The translations under genes were made by a program, and so were the position numbers. DNA of 63,385 nucleotides, the filler included, from Thraustochytrium aureum (Eukaryota): the NCBI GenBank assembly GCA_012862495.1. It is 4 parts of 3 records of this genome, joined end to end, with 100 filler letters (N's around TTAATTAATTAA, not from the genome) between each part and the next. Parts side by side here need not be neighbours in the genome. Positions count along the whole stretch, not along the records: positions 1 to 28,463 come from BLSG01000322.1; positions 28,564 to 40,558 come from BLSG01000323.1; 2 more parts are not named here. One strand, written 5' to 3'. The notes under the pieces are model-generated. The model worked only from the letters and a program-made list of their open reading frames with translations. It searched no databases and was not told the DNA's origin. Shown piece after piece: positions 22,146 to 33,473 of the stretch. Within the stretch, counting starts at the first letter, position 1. Every line of letters starts with the position of its first letter.

Positions 22146-25100
22146 ATGTTGGACAGGTGGACGGATACTCGACGCGAGCAGGTTGGTAGACCCCGGACGC
22201 ACGGGAGAGCGCGGGGGCGTGCGAGGCGGGCTTCTGTGCTGGTGCTGTGCGGGCCTCTCGGATTGGGAGGCCGTTTTGTTCGGGCCCGAGGAGGATCCAG
22301 AACGATGAACCGTTGCGTTGTCAGCGCCAAGTTTGCCAAGGGCGACCGCGTCGTCCACACGCGGACCTCCGACGGACTGGTGAGGCGCGGGCTCGTCGTG
22401 GGCGTGCACGCGGAAGATGCTGTGAATGGCCTGTTTTACACCGTTCGGCTGGACGAGGTGTTTGGTGGGCACGAGATGCAGTCGACGGAAGGGAAGCTCA
22501 AACGCGAAGACGAGCTGTTGCCGCCGGTGACGACGATGGACTGGACGGTGAACCCTGCGCTGGTCCCGAAATATGACCAGGTTTTTGCGACGGTCGCGCA
22601 GAATGGACACGTAGGCGGCCCGGCGGGCCTTGGGGCCTGTTTCGGAAGAGCGGACTTGACGAGACCTCTGTGCAGCACTTGGTTGTGATGGCAGACGTGG
22701 ACGCCGATGGCAAGCTTTGCCGTGGCGAGTTTATTGCCGCGTTTCACATCGCTGTGCAGGTTGCCAAGAAGGGCCGTGTGATGCCGAGCATTCTCCCCGA
22801 GGAGTTGCGCCAGATTTGCACAGGCGAGAGTGAGTGTGCGTCAAGCCAAGCTCAAGCTGACGCGCGGTCCGCGATGAGCGGCCCAAGTACGGTGCCACAC
22901 GTGCCGCCCGGCGCGCAGATGTACGCAGGGCCGCAATGTGCGCCGCAGAGTGTGCCGCAACCTGCTACAGCGGCCCCGGCGACCGAAAGCGTTGCCAACG
23001 ACATCCGTGCGAGAGGAGACAGCGCCGAGACCCAGAGCGTGGCGCCCTCTTGGAGCATGCCGCCTGAGCGCCTACCGCAATACGCGGCGCTGTTCTCCAA
23101 AGTACAAAGCGGGGGCTTTGCTTGGGGCCCACCGGCTGTACAGTTTTTCAAGCAATCTGGCCTTGGCGAGGACAGCATTCTAACTCTGTTTCGGATAGTT
23201 GACCGGGACGGCGACGGGCGGCTCAGCGAGCTTGAGTTTTGCGTCGCGTTCCACATCGCTGTGTACGTTAGGTTTCCCGCCTTGTTGCTGCTCCTTGGTT
23301 TGTTTGCGGTTTCTGACATTCTCGCGTCGACGCGGTTCGGGGCGCAGGTGTGCAAAGAAGGGCGGCTTCCGTTTGCCGGAGCAGCTCCCCGACGAGCTCG
23401 TTGCACTCTACCCCGCAGAGAGTTGCCTTGTTGGCGGCGAGGCTGCGTGGGAGAGTGAGGGCCTGATGGCCCCTCTCGAAGTGCCCCGTGCTGGCGCACC
23501 AGTGGTCGAGGCAGGTGAAGGACCTGAGGACGTGCAGAACACCGAGACTTTCCAAAGCGAGGACGACCCCTTTGCCGCGCTAGAGCCGAGAGAGACGCCT
23601 GTGCCCCTTCCACCATTGAGCGCCGGCGTGCCCCCCGAACACGCAGCGACACGCGGTGACTCGGGCACTTTTGCTGGCGCGGAGGACGCAGAGAGCGACT
23701 GGGGCGACTTTAGCGCTCCAGAGTCGGCGGAAGCAGGCGCATTCGAGCAAACCGTGNNNNNNNNNNNNNNNNNNNNNNNNNNNNNNNNNNNNNNNNNNNN
23801 NNNNNNNNNNNNNNNNNNNNNNNNNNNNNNNNNNNNNNNNNNNNNNNNNNNNNNNNNNNNNNNNNNNNNNNNNNNNNNNNNNNNNNNNNNNNNNNNNNNN
23901 NNNNNNNNNNNNNNNNNNNNNNNNNNNNNNNNNNNNNNNNNNNNNNNNNNNNNNNNNNNNNNNNNNNNNNNNNNNNNNNNNNNNNNNNNNNNNNNNNNNN
24001 NNNNNNNNNNNNNNNNNNNNNNNNNNNNNNNNNNNNNNNNNNNNNNNNNNNNNNNNNNNNNNNNNNNNNNNNNNNNNNNNNNNNNNNNNNNNNNNNNNNN
24101 NNNNNNNNNNNNNNNNNNNNNNNNNNNNNNNNNNNNNNNNNNNNNNNNNNNNNNNNNNNNNNNNNNNNNNNNNNNNNNNNNNNNNNNNNNNNNNNNNNNN
24201 NNNNNNNNNNNNNNNNNNNNNNNNNNNNNNNNNNNNNNNNNNNNNNNNNNNNNNNNNNNNNNNNNNNNNNNNNNNNNNNNNNNNNNCTGGGTGGCGAACC
24301 TGAACCGGTTGGGCAACCTCTTGCTCTTGACGAGCGAGTCGCTGGCGATGCGAGGGCGGCCGTCGCTGCCGCCGTTGGGTCGCTGGCCAGCGCTCTCGCC
24401 TTTGGACACTTGGGCGCGCTGACCCGCGAACTCGCAGACTGCGATAGCGTGAGCAGCCGTGCTCGGTTGTGCGTGGCAGCAGCAAAAGAGCCCTTGTCGC
24501 CTGTCCGTGGCGCGGCCGAACTTCGTGAGGAGCTCGAAGCGCTGGCTGGGCCTGGCGCAGAAATTGACAGCGCGAAGGCCGAGCTGCAGGACGTCGAGCT
24601 GGCAGGCCGCGCCGCCGCAGAGCTCTTGACGCAGCGCGTGTGCGGCGACGAATCTCCCACCTCGACAAACTTGGTCCAACTTGTCACCGAGTTCGCTGGC
24701 TTGGAGAGCAGGGTAGCTGTTTTGAAGCGGCGCCTGGAGCTCGGTCGGTCGGCGAAGGACAGGGCCACTGCGGGCTTGCGTGCAGCAGTGGATGCGCGTG
24801 CTGGACGTCGCCGTGAAACTCGGCGCCGCTGGGACGGCGACTCTTTTGTCGCTGGTGAATGAGAAAAGCGAAGCAGGCGAAACTGGCGCCGCGGATCTCG
24901 CTGGACAAGTTCTGGCGTCGCAGCGAGCGCGCGAACTGGTCGCAGATCTGTGGCGCGTGCATGCGGTTGCCGCTATGGCGGTATCATCTGCTCGGACAGC
25001 GTTGGTTGTCTCGAGTTCCGAGCTGCTCTGCGCAACCATCGACAAGTGGCGCAGCGTGCGGCTGGCCTTTCAAGACGCAGTCGAACGTGCCGGTTTGGGT

Positions 25101-25319
25101 GCCAGCTTGGCGGGCACTGGGCTCGGAGCGAGTGCGCAAGAGCAGGATGAAGCATTCGAACAGCTGCAGGACAGCTGTCTTGCGGCGGATAACAATGCAG
25201 GGCGGTGCGCGCTGACACTGCTGCCGCTGGACGGCCAGTCAACGTGCTCGTTCTCTGGGCGTGTTTACGTGGCGGCTGCCATCAACCTTTGGCTGCACTG
25301 CGTGGGGGCGTCGGCTTGA
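22146..25319 (+). CDS. EH-domain endocytic accessory protein, synergin-gamma-like (intron, frameshifts, gap)
   Basis: Two EH domains (FRKSGL...ADVDADGKL..GEFIAAFH; FFKQSGL...VDRDGDGRLSELEFCVAFH), plus DPF and DWGDF motifs. The C-terminus is CALTLL...Y.AAAINLWLHCV. The start is uncertain (22146 or 22305). Frameshifts lie near 22630, 24410 and 24780. Confidence 0.7.
23263..23347 (+). other. GT-AG spliceosomal intron (85 nt) in the second EH domain
   Basis: GTACGT donor and CGCAG acceptor. Removal gives FHIAVCAKKGGFRLPEQLPDEL, matching the first EH repeat FHIAVQVAKKGRVMPSILPEEL. Confidence 0.85.
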
Positions 25320-25540
25320 TGGAGACGCTGCTTTGGGAGAAGTCTGATGGTTTTCACAGTCAGCGAGCAGCCAAGAAGAAAGGACAATGAGCAAATACAC
25401 TTTTGAATTTGAGGCTGGGTTTCCCGATCAGGAGCGACGACAGACACGCAGGGTGTGAAAGAACTCGAGCCCCCCCCCCCCGAAAGGCGGCACGACGTTC
25501 TGGTGGTAGAGTTGAGCCCCACCTCAGATGTGCGTTCATC

Positions 25541-25621
25541 GAGCAGAACCGACGCAAGCGTGCTTGGCGAGCCCACGCAAGCGTGCTTGGCGAGCAGAAC
25601 CGACGCAAGCGTGCTTGGCGA
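25541..25621 (+). repeat. Short tandem duplication of ACGCAAGCGTGCTTGGCGA (three copies)
   Basis: Directly visible in the convergent intergenic region. Two copies are preceded by GAGCAGAACCG. Confidence 0.8.
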
Positions 25622-25631
25622 CCAAGGGCAT

Positions 25632-27590
25632 TCACGTATGGCGGAAGCGCTTCGCTGTGGGCTCGCCCTGGAGGACGTTGAGCTCCGCCTGCAAAGTTGA
25701 GATGCGCGCGTCTCTAGACTTGCGCAAGTGCTGCAACTCGGACTCGAGGTAACGAACGTGCGAGGTGACATCGCGGCCATCGTGGCCAGACTCGGGCCTC
25801 TGAACCCGCAGATCGGCGGTCTCGTTCCTGCTGAGTTCGTGCTTGGTGCGATAGACCTCGTCCTGCAAGCCCCTGACAAAAGTTGGGCGCGTCTGTTCGG
25901 CTCGCAAAATGTGCGCCGCGGCTGAGGCGCCGCGCGGTGCGCTGTTGTTGTTCGCCNNNNNNNNNNNNNNNNNNNNNNNNNNNNNNNNNNNNNNNNNNNN
26001 NNNNNNNNNNNNNNNNNNNNNNNNNNNNNNNNNNNNNNNNNNNNNNNNNNNNNNNNNNNNNNNNNNNNNNNNNNNNNNNNNNNNNNNNNNNNNNNNNNNN
26101 NNNNNNNNNNNNNNNNNNNNNNNNNNNNNNNNNNNNNNNNNNNNNNNNNNNNNNNNNNNNNNNNNNNNNNNNNNNNNNNNNNNNNNNNNNNNNNNNNNNN
26201 NNNNNNNNNNNNNNNNNNNNNNNNNNNNNNNNNNNNNNNNNNNNNNNNNNNNNNNNNNNNNNNNNNNNNNNNNNNNNNNNNNNNNNNNNNNNNNNNNNNN
26301 NNNNNNNNNNNNNNNNNNNNNNNNNNNNNNNNNNNNNNNNNNNNNNNNNNNNNNNNAGAGGACTGGGCGAGCCCATTCTGCGCAGTCGTGGAGAGGCACC
26401 TCCCCACGTCGGTTTGTGGGTTGCGCTGAGCGTGCTGGCCGAGCCTGTCGCCGTTTCCGGTGCTCGCCCCAGTCTCTTGGCCGCGACCAGTGGCGCCGTG
26501 CAGCTCTTGCGAAGTGGTGAAGTGCGCTCGCTGCGCCTGCGCGAACTGCGCCGCAAACCCGGCGGCAGAGAGGGCCTGCACGGCGGAGTCCTGGTTGTAC
26601 CCCCAAGGCCTGGTAAAAGGGCGCTGCGGCGGGGTTTGCGGCCGCCGCAGCGGCCATGTATTGGAGTAGGGCGCCGTTGCCCTGGTTGGGGAGCTGGTTT
26701 GACGGGCCAGCGCCTTGGCCATGATTGGCCTGCGCGAGCATCGACAGCGGACTTGCGTAGGCAAGGTAGGGGTTGGATGCGAAACGCGGGTCAGAATACA
26801 GCATGCCGGGCGCCGGCATGGACGTCGCGGGGGCTGGAAGGTGCGAAGTCAGCCCTCCGGCCTTGGGCAGGAAAACGGATGTCACCGGTGTCGGGACGGC
26901 CTTGTTTTGGTGCTTGCCAGAGTGGATCATGTCGCCTGGGAGCGTGTCAATGGATGGTTCAACCGTGTAACAGAGACGGCGGCGCTTTGGGCGCAGGTGG
27001 GCGGCGGTGACGGTCGAGTTGTCCTGGTTGTCGCGTTTAAAGTACGTCTCTGGGAAGTGGGTCCAGCGGATTTCAGGCTTGAGGATTTTTTTGGCGTCGA
27101 GGCTGTCCTCCGAGATGCCGAGGTGTAGGAGCCACTGCTTGCGGATGTCGACACCGCACCGCAGGACCCCCTTTGGTGGGATCTGATACATGGAGCCGTG
27201 GAGCCAATGGTCCTCCCCGGCCGCGACCTCGACTTCGCGGCATCGGCCGCCGGGCACGTTGCAGCTGACTTGCTCGCAAATGCACAGGTTGCGGCGCTTG
27301 CGCGGCTTTTTGTTGCCGTCCAGGGAGGACTCTGAGGTGGACGACGCAGAAGCGCGCCAGTTGGACGAGTCTGCGGGCTCGGTTTTCACGCACCCGTCTT
27401 GACTCGTTTCTTCGCTTGAGGGCAGCATGGTCTGCAGGGCGGAGGAGCCCGAGTCTTGCGGGTTGCGCCGCGAGGGCGCGCAGAGCGCCTTCGCCGTTGT
27501 GCCCGGGCTGCAGCCAACCCGCTGCCGTATGTGTGACGGAGAGCTGGGCGGCTTGATAGCGAGCTCAATGAGCGCCGGCCCCGCGCTCAT
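25632..27590 (-). CDS. Putative nuclear protein with a divergent THAP-like module and C-terminal coiled coil
   Basis: NLS-like KKPRKRR, then CICEQVSC...YQIP...RKQWL...RWTHFPETYF...AVPT, a Q/A-rich middle and a coiled coil ending PTAKRFR. Frameshift near 26600 and gap 25957-26356. Confidence 0.55.
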   Translation of the reverse strand: MSAGPALIELAIKPPSSPSHIRQRVGCSPGTTAKALCAPSRRNPQDSGSSALQTMLPSSEETSQDGCVKTEPADSSNWRASASSTSESSLDGNKKPRKRRNLCICEQVSCNVPGGRCREVEVAAGEDHWLHGSMYQIPPKGVLRCGVDIRKQWLLHLGISEDSLDAKKILKPEIRWTHFPETYFKRDNQDNSTVTAAHLRPKRRRLCYTVEPSIDTLPGDMIHSGKHQNKAVPTPVTSVFLPKAGGLTSHLPAPATSMPAPGMLYSDPRFASNPYLAYASPLSMLAQANHGQGAGPSNQLPNQGNGALLQYMAAAAAANPAAAPFYQALGVQPGLRRAGPLCRRVCGAVRAGAASALHHFARAARRHWSRPRDWGEHRKRRQARPARSAQPTNRRGEVPLHDCAEWARPVLXXXXXXXXXXXXXXXXXXXXXXXXXXXXXXXXXXXXXXXXXXXXXXXXXXXXXXXXXXXXXXXXXXXXXXXXXXXXXXXXXXXXXXXXXXXXXXXXXXXXXXXXXXXXXXXXXXXXXXXXXXXXXXXXXXXXXXANNNSAPRGASAAAHILRAEQTRPTFVRGLQDEVYRTKHELSRNETADLRVQRPESGHDGRDVTSHVRYLESELQHLRKSRDARISTLQAELNVLQGEPTAKRFRHT

Positions 27591-27814
27591 GTGCGGCGGC
27601 GAGCACGGGCTGGGCGCTCTCCCACCGCCCACTATAGCTCTCACTTCCTCTGCGCTCGACCGCGCACGGCGCGTCTTCTGCTTTGTTGCCAGCCTCGAAA
27701 CCAGCTATCCAGCAGCGCCGAGCGTGTTCGTCAACGCTGGGGGCCGAGAGCTGAGGGCCGAGAGCTGAGCTCGCTCGAGCCGCAGCAAATCTCCGCAACC
27801 AACAACACGCCCGC

Positions 27815-27897
27815 CTGCTCTGCTCTGCCCTGCTCTGCCTTGCTCTGCTCTGCTCTGCCCTGCTCTGCTCTGCTCTGCTCTGCCCTGCCCTGCTCTG
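27815..27897 (+). repeat. (CTGCT/CTGCC)n pentanucleotide microsatellite
   Basis: About 16 tandem 5-mers are directly visible. Confidence 0.9.
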
Positions 27898-28463
27898 TCT
27901 GCGGCGAGTGACATATCGAGACTGCGCGCTCCTGCGCTCGAGCCTGCAACAACAAAACAGCATCAAACGCAGGCAGACAGGCAGGCCACTCACAAACAGC
28001 AGAGCACGGAAGGCGAAGAAAAAGAAAAAAAACGAAGAAAAAGGCGCCAAGCACAAGTTCCTCTCTCTACCTTAGAGCAAAAAAAAACCAAGAAAAAAAA
28101 CCAAGGAAAAAACCAAGGAAAAAAAACCACCAACAACAACAACTACAACAACAACTTCTACAACAACAGCGAGCGGCCTTCAATACTCCGGAAGGAGGAA
28201 GGCGAAGAGCACCTGCAGCGACAGCCAAAGCAAGCAAGCAGCAAGCAAGCCAGCTCTGGCGAGCAAGCAAGCAAGCAAGCACCGACCGAGTCGCCCGTTC
28301 CGCGCCTCCAGCCATACCTGAGGAGGCGAGGCGGAGGGGGAGCCGAGGCCCTACGGGGCCGCCCCTTCTTCCTCCCGCGCGCCAAGCTACCTACTACCGT
28401 CGCAACAACACACGCAGCGCCCTCTGTCCTTCTGCGGTCCTTCTGCGGCAGCGTGCGTTGTAC

Positions 28464-28563
28464 NNNNNNNNNNNNNNNNNNNNNNNNNNNNNNNNNNNNN
28501 NNNNNNNTTAATTAATTAANNNNNNNNNNNNNNNNNNNNNNNNNNNNNNNNNNNNNNNNNNNN
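28464..28563. other. Artificial contig-joining linker N44-TTAATTAATTAA-N44
   Basis: A 100-nt block whose core has stops in all six frames. The identical structure occurs three times in the window. Confidence 0.95.
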
Positions 28564-28905
28564 GACTTTTGCGCACATGTCAGCATCCGGACGACGGCGT
28601 GTGCCAAGGCGCGTGGTGGTGCGGGAGCTCGAGCAGTTCAGGTGGAGCAGGTTCAGCAAATGTGTGCGTACGCGCTGAGAGCGTGGCCGGCGCGCCCGCG
28701 GGAACCTGGGAATAGCCGGTGCGCTGGAGCGATGCGGTTGGCCGACGAGGCCCGGCGGTTGGGCCCAGACCCAGATCACGCCGTGAAGCCACAAGCAAGG
28801 CAAGATTGTTGCTTTGATCAAGAAATTTGTTGAGATTGAACAAAACGCAGGGGAAAGCCGCGTCGCGCGATCGCCCCGCGCGTTTTCCGCTCGAGACGCC
28901 AGTGG

Positions 28906-29403
28906 ATGAGCGACTTGCAAACCACATCGGCACCGGAACCAGCGCGCGTGCAGCAAGTCCAGATGTGCCTAGCTGCGACAAGACGCATGAACGCGGTCGA
29001 GCTGGCCAAGCAGGAGGCCAAGGAGCGGCGGTGCGCCGCGCTGGCCCGGTATCGCGACAAGCGGCCGCGCCGCGTGTACCGGAAAATCACGTACATGTGC
29101 CGACGCAACATCAACCTCCAGCGCCAGCGCCACAAGGGCCGCTTTGTCAAGTCTGCAGTCAAGGTCTGCGCGACCCCGCACCCGGTGTCGCCCTCGCCCT
29201 CCGTTGCCTCCGACGGCCTGCGCAGTGCCTCGCCGCGCTCCGAGTCCTCATTGCCCGTCGCTGCTGCGCTTTCGCCCTCGACAGCGCCTGCTTCCCACGC
29301 ACTAGAGCTCAACCCGCTCAATCGCCTGCTTCCGCCACGGGGCGCGTACTTGCGCTTTGTTGCAGACCCGGAGCTCGAAGCTTTCCTTTCTGGCGTTCTC
29401 TAG
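28906..29403 (+). CDS. CCT (CONSTANS/CO-like/TOC1) domain protein, possibly 5'-partial
   Basis: RRCAALARYRDKRPRRVYRKITYMCRRNINLQRQRHKGRFVK fits the CCT pattern R....RY.EKR..R....I.Y..RK.....R.R.KGRF.K. Confidence 0.78.
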   Translation: MSDLQTTSAPEPARVQQVQMCLAATRRMNAVELAKQEAKERRCAALARYRDKRPRRVYRKITYMCRRNINLQRQRHKGRFVKSAVKVCATPHPVSPSPSVASDGLRSASPRSESSLPVAAALSPSTAPASHALELNPLNRLLPPRGAYLRFVADPELEAFLSGVL

Positions 29404-29580
29404 CCCTGGAGAGAGAGCTTTTGCGCTGGACCAGTGCGCCAGAGTGCGTGCGTTTGCCTTGCCGCCCGTTTTTGCCTGCTGCATGCGCGAGCCGCACGCC
29501 GCGAACACGCGCATCATATCCTACTGAAAACAAACTGATTATTTGCCTGTACAAAACAAACGCAATGGCCTCCGCGCCAG

Positions 29581-30865
29581 CTACATCGCCGGCTCCAGAG
29601 GCCACCTCGTCGCGAAGAGAGGCTCACCCGAGCTGCCGACCATCTCCACGTGCATCTCGCGCGGCCCTACGAGTACCGCCGCAAAGGACGCCGCCGTTGA
29701 TGCGAAGCGCACGGCAGCGCGGCCTGCACCAAACTTTTCGTCCATTTTCTCCTGCGTGGCGTTCACTCGCCCGTTGAGCTTGCCCCCGGACCCGACGCCG
29801 ACCTGCAACGTGGACCAACCGCCCCGCTCGCTGCGGATCTCGACAACTTGGGAGATATGGTCGTGCCCATGGAAATGCACCTGAACGTGGCACTTGGCCA
29901 TGATCGCCCCGACGCGGTCGCGCATCACCGCAAACATTTCGTCCGGGGCCGCAAAGTAGTTGCCAGCAGAGACTAGAAAGTGGTGCGCCGCGGTAACAAG
30001 CCACGTGGGCTTTCGGCCAGCGCCTCGGCGCTCTCTATCCAACTTGCACAGTGTCTCTTCAAGCCACGCCAGGTGCTCGTCGCGGCGTGGGATGTGGGTC
30101 CCCGAGTACGCTCCGGAGCCCTCATCCGGATCCTGTCGCACCAGGGCCTGCGAGTCAAACACGACTAGCTGAACGACAACGTCAGCGGACTCGATGGCGA
30201 CAGAGTAGTTGAAAGCTGGGAGGCACCACCTTCGGTTGCCGGCGTGAAAGGTGCGCTGCATCTGCGCGAGCACGCCTTCCTCCGGGGTTGTGTACCGGGT
30301 CCAGGTTGCCTTTGTAGTCGTGGTTGCCCAGCATGCTTAGCCACGGGAGTTCGGTCTCGGCCGAAAACACGCTCTCAAAGGTAGACTGCCACCGTGGATC
30401 ATCCTCGCTCTTTATCCCGTACTGGTAAAAGTTGTCGCCGCAGTTGAGGACAAAGGCGGACCCGCTCGCCGCTGCGCGCCGCCCGAGCGCGGTGCCCAAG
30501 TCTTGCATGGTCTTGACGCCCCAATCAAGCCGCGACCCGTCTTCGTTGTGTGGGTCCGTGTCGAGTCCCCAGTCCCCGAGGGCGACAAATGCGACTCCAG
30601 CCTGTGACTTGGACTCGAGCGGCCTCGGCGCCGTCCACGCTCTATCCGCGCACCGTTTCGGTTCGCTCTTCACCGTCGCGCCTCTGCTCACCACGCCGTC
30701 TACCGCATCTAGCGCGAGCAGCATCAACGCAGCACTAATTGTGAGCGCCCCAAGCGCGAGCCACGGTTTTCTGGCCGCCCATGCTTTTGCCCTGCCCCAC
30801 GTCCCGCCTCGCCGCCTCGTCCACGGTCCCTCGTTCACCCCGTGGTATTCCACAGGAGGCACCAT
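29581..30865 (-). CDS. Purple / tartrate-resistant acid phosphatase (ACP5-like metallophosphoesterase) with type II membrane anchor
   Basis: Metal-binding motifs GDWG, GDNFY, GNHDY, AAHH and GHDH, plus an N-terminal hydrophobic anchor. One extra C near 30285 joins the two ORFs. Confidence 0.9.
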
Positions 30866-30955
30866 CTCGACGGCCGCAAGCCCGCCGGACTTGCCTTATT
30901 GCCGTGCAAAGTCTATGAATCCGGCAGGCGGCCAGAATGACCTGGCTAGCGGCCT

Positions 30956-31314
30956 CGTCGAGCAGCAGCGTCTCCGTCGAGCAGCAGCGGCCTNNNNNNN
31001 NNNNNNNNNNNNNNNNNNNNNNNNNNNNNNNNNNNNNNNNNNNNNNNNNNNNNNNNNNNNNNNNNNNNNNNNNNNNNNNNNNNNNNNNNNNNNNNNNNNN
31101 NNNNNNNNNNNNNNNNNNNNNNNNNNNNNNNNNNNNNNNNNNNNNNNNNNNNNNNNNNNNNNNNNNNNNNNNNNNNNNNNNNNNNNNNNNNNNNNNNNNN
31201 NNNGGCTTCTCCGTCGAGCAGCGGCTTCTCCGTCGAGCAGCAGCGTCTCCGTCGAGCAGCTACTTCGTCGAGCAGCAGCGTCTCCGTCGAGCAGCAGCGT
31301 CTCCGTCGAGCAGC
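30956..31314 (+). repeat. 19-bp minisatellite CGTCGAGCAGCAGCGTCTC, spanning a gap
   Basis: At least eight visible imperfect copies on both sides of the gap 30994-31203. Confidence 0.88.
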
Positions 31315-32162
31315 GACCGCCTCGGGCGCGCATCGGGCTCTGCCGCACGGCTCATTCGCGATCACGGCGGAACAGTCAGTTGGTCTATCGCGCGACCTGC
31401 GTCGCGCCTCCTCGCAGCGCGCCCGTTCGTTGCTCGCCCGCGGACGTGAGCCAGCCAGCCAGCGGCCCTCACATCACCAGCAGCACCATTCCGACACGAG
31501 ACGCGAGCAGCGTATTTCGGACTCGTTTTTGGCCGCGGGGGCCACGGCGCGACTCTTGCCGCACTGCATCAACCAGTGCGCCATGTCGCTGCCGATGTAT
31601 TGCTGTCGCGGTTTATCCGAGGCTGCGGCTGCGCTTGCCGCTGGACCCGCGCTGCGCTGCGCTGCTCTCTCGTGAGGGACCTTGTGGCGAACTGGAACAG
31701 TCTTGCGCAGGCTCGTGCACCACGGAGGATCCTCCCTGCGTGCACAAACGGGAACGGCGTCCGAGTCGGTGGGGGGGAAGGACGACTTGAGGAGCGACTC
31801 GACGAGGATGGCTTGTGATTCCGAAGGACGCGGCGGCAGGAGTCGGGCAGGGAAGTATACCTCCCTTTCTCTCTGCGTTCACAAGTACCTACTCAGCGTG
31901 AGTACTCACTTCCACTCCGAGTCCTTGGCCGACCTGCCTGCCTGCCTCCTGTTTGATCGATTTCATTCAATTGACGAAATTCACTCAACGAATGCACAGC
32001 CAATGCTCGAGTGAGTGAGCGCGCCTGCGTGGGTTGGGCTTGCACAGCGTCGAGCATTCGCGTTGGGTTGGGAGGGCACGAGCACAAGCTGCGCTCGAGT
32101 CTGTCTCCGAGCGTGCAAGTCAGTCATCCAGCCCGATCGCGAGAGCATCCAGGACACCTGAC

Positions 32163-32396
32163 GGGCGCAGCGGGCGCAGCAGGCGCAGCAGAAAGACTCG
32201 CCAGGCTCGGGCGACAGCTCCCAGGGCACAGGCACAGCAGACGTTGCAGTCGTAGCAGACGTAGCAGACGTAGCAGACGAAGCAGAAAGCCTCACCAGGC
32301 TCAGGCGACAGCTCCCAGCGCGCAGGCGCAGCAGGAGCAACAGGCGCAGCAGGAGCAACAGGCGCAGCAGACACAGCCGACGCAGCAGACGCAGCA
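32163..32396 (+). repeat. Low-complexity GCAG-rich repeats with an internal duplication
   Basis: GCAGACGTA x3, GCGCAGCAGGAGCAACAG x2 and a duplicated CCAGGCTCRGGCGACAGCTCCCAG. Confidence 0.7.
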
Positions 32397-32573
32397 AAAG
32401 CCATCTCAGGAGGCGTCCAAGTGACAGCTTCCAGGGCAGCTGACCAGGCGCCGTCAACTTGGACTGGACCGCCAGCTGCACTTGCGTTTTGTCGCGCAGG
32501 TTGGTGCAGGCTGTAGCGGTCGGCCGTGGCCGTGGACCGGCTGAGACGAGCCGACGCGAGGCAGCGAGAGAAG

Positions 32574-33473
32574 ATGCTGCGGAGGCTGCTGGGAAGGAAA
32601 AGGGAGTCGATAGCGTCGTCGTCGACGACGGCGCTGGACAACGGAGATGATTTTGAAAGCCGCCCGGTGGCGGAGTCGGTCGCGTCAAGCCACTCAAAGC
32701 AGAAGCGGTCTAGCCATTTCAAAGCGAGGCGAAAGGAAACGCAGGACATCTTGGGCAACCCAGATCAGTTCCTGGAGCGGCTATTGGAAAACGGGCTCTT
32801 CGGCCCAGACTTTGCGCCCGTCCTGGACCTCAACAGGACCAAATCGCCGTTGAAGATCTACAAGGAGGGCAAACTGGAGAAGCAGGGCAATTTGTTCAAG
32901 ACCTGGCACAAGCGGTACTTTGTGCTTACCTCGCGCGGTCTGAGCTACTACGAGTCGAAGAAAAAGTTCCGTTCTGGCTTTCTGCCGTTCGGGGTCATCC
33001 TCTTCAAGGACGTGATCTCCGAGAACAGCCAGGTCGTGCACGACGTGCCAGACCACCTCGTCCCGGTGCTCCAGCTTACCGGGAAACGCAACCTCTTCTG
33101 CGTGCACATTGAGAACCGCACCTATGTGATCAGCGCGAGCTCGGCAGATGACAAGGAAGAGTGGGCCAGGGCCATTACCAAGGCATACCACAAGGCTACC
33201 GATAAGACTCTCGCGGCTGTAAAGCGCGTGCGCAAGACTAGAAAGGTGACACGCTTTGACGAGATATTTTCGGAAATCCACTCCGAGAACGATCTCTATG
33301 CGCAGTTCACCGTGGTCGTCAACAAGTACCAGAGCGAGCTCGCCCTCAAGAGAACCCTTGAGGCGTGGAAGGTGTACAGTCGCTTTTGCAAGAATAACCC
33401 GCAGTATTCGACGAAAGGCAAGCCGCCGCGCAGGAAGACGATGAGGCAGCACTCTGTCGTCAATAGATACTGA
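32574..33473 (+). CDS. Pleckstrin-homology (PH) domain protein
   Basis: KEGKLEKQGNLFKTWHKRYFVLT..GLSYY, RTYVISASS and KEEWARAI. An upstream exon is possible (TAG acceptor at 32516). Confidence 0.88.
   Translation: MLRRLLGRKRESIASSSTTALDNGDDFESRPVAESVASSHSKQKRSSHFKARRKETQDILGNPDQFLERLLENGLFGPDFAPVLDLNRTKSPLKIYKEGKLEKQGNLFKTWHKRYFVLTSRGLSYYESKKKFRSGFLPFGVILFKDVISENSQVVHDVPDHLVPVLQLTGKRNLFCVHIENRTYVISASSADDKEEWARAITKAYHKATDKTLAAVKRVRKTRKVTRFDEIFSEIHSENDLYAQFTVVVNKYQSELALKRTLEAWKVYSRFCKNNPQYSTKGKPPRRKTMRQHSVVNRY

Noticed and set aside
28508..28519. TTAATTAATTAA as a piggyBac target or regulatory palindrome
   Set aside because: It is always centred in exactly 44+44 Ns, which marks a synthetic linker.
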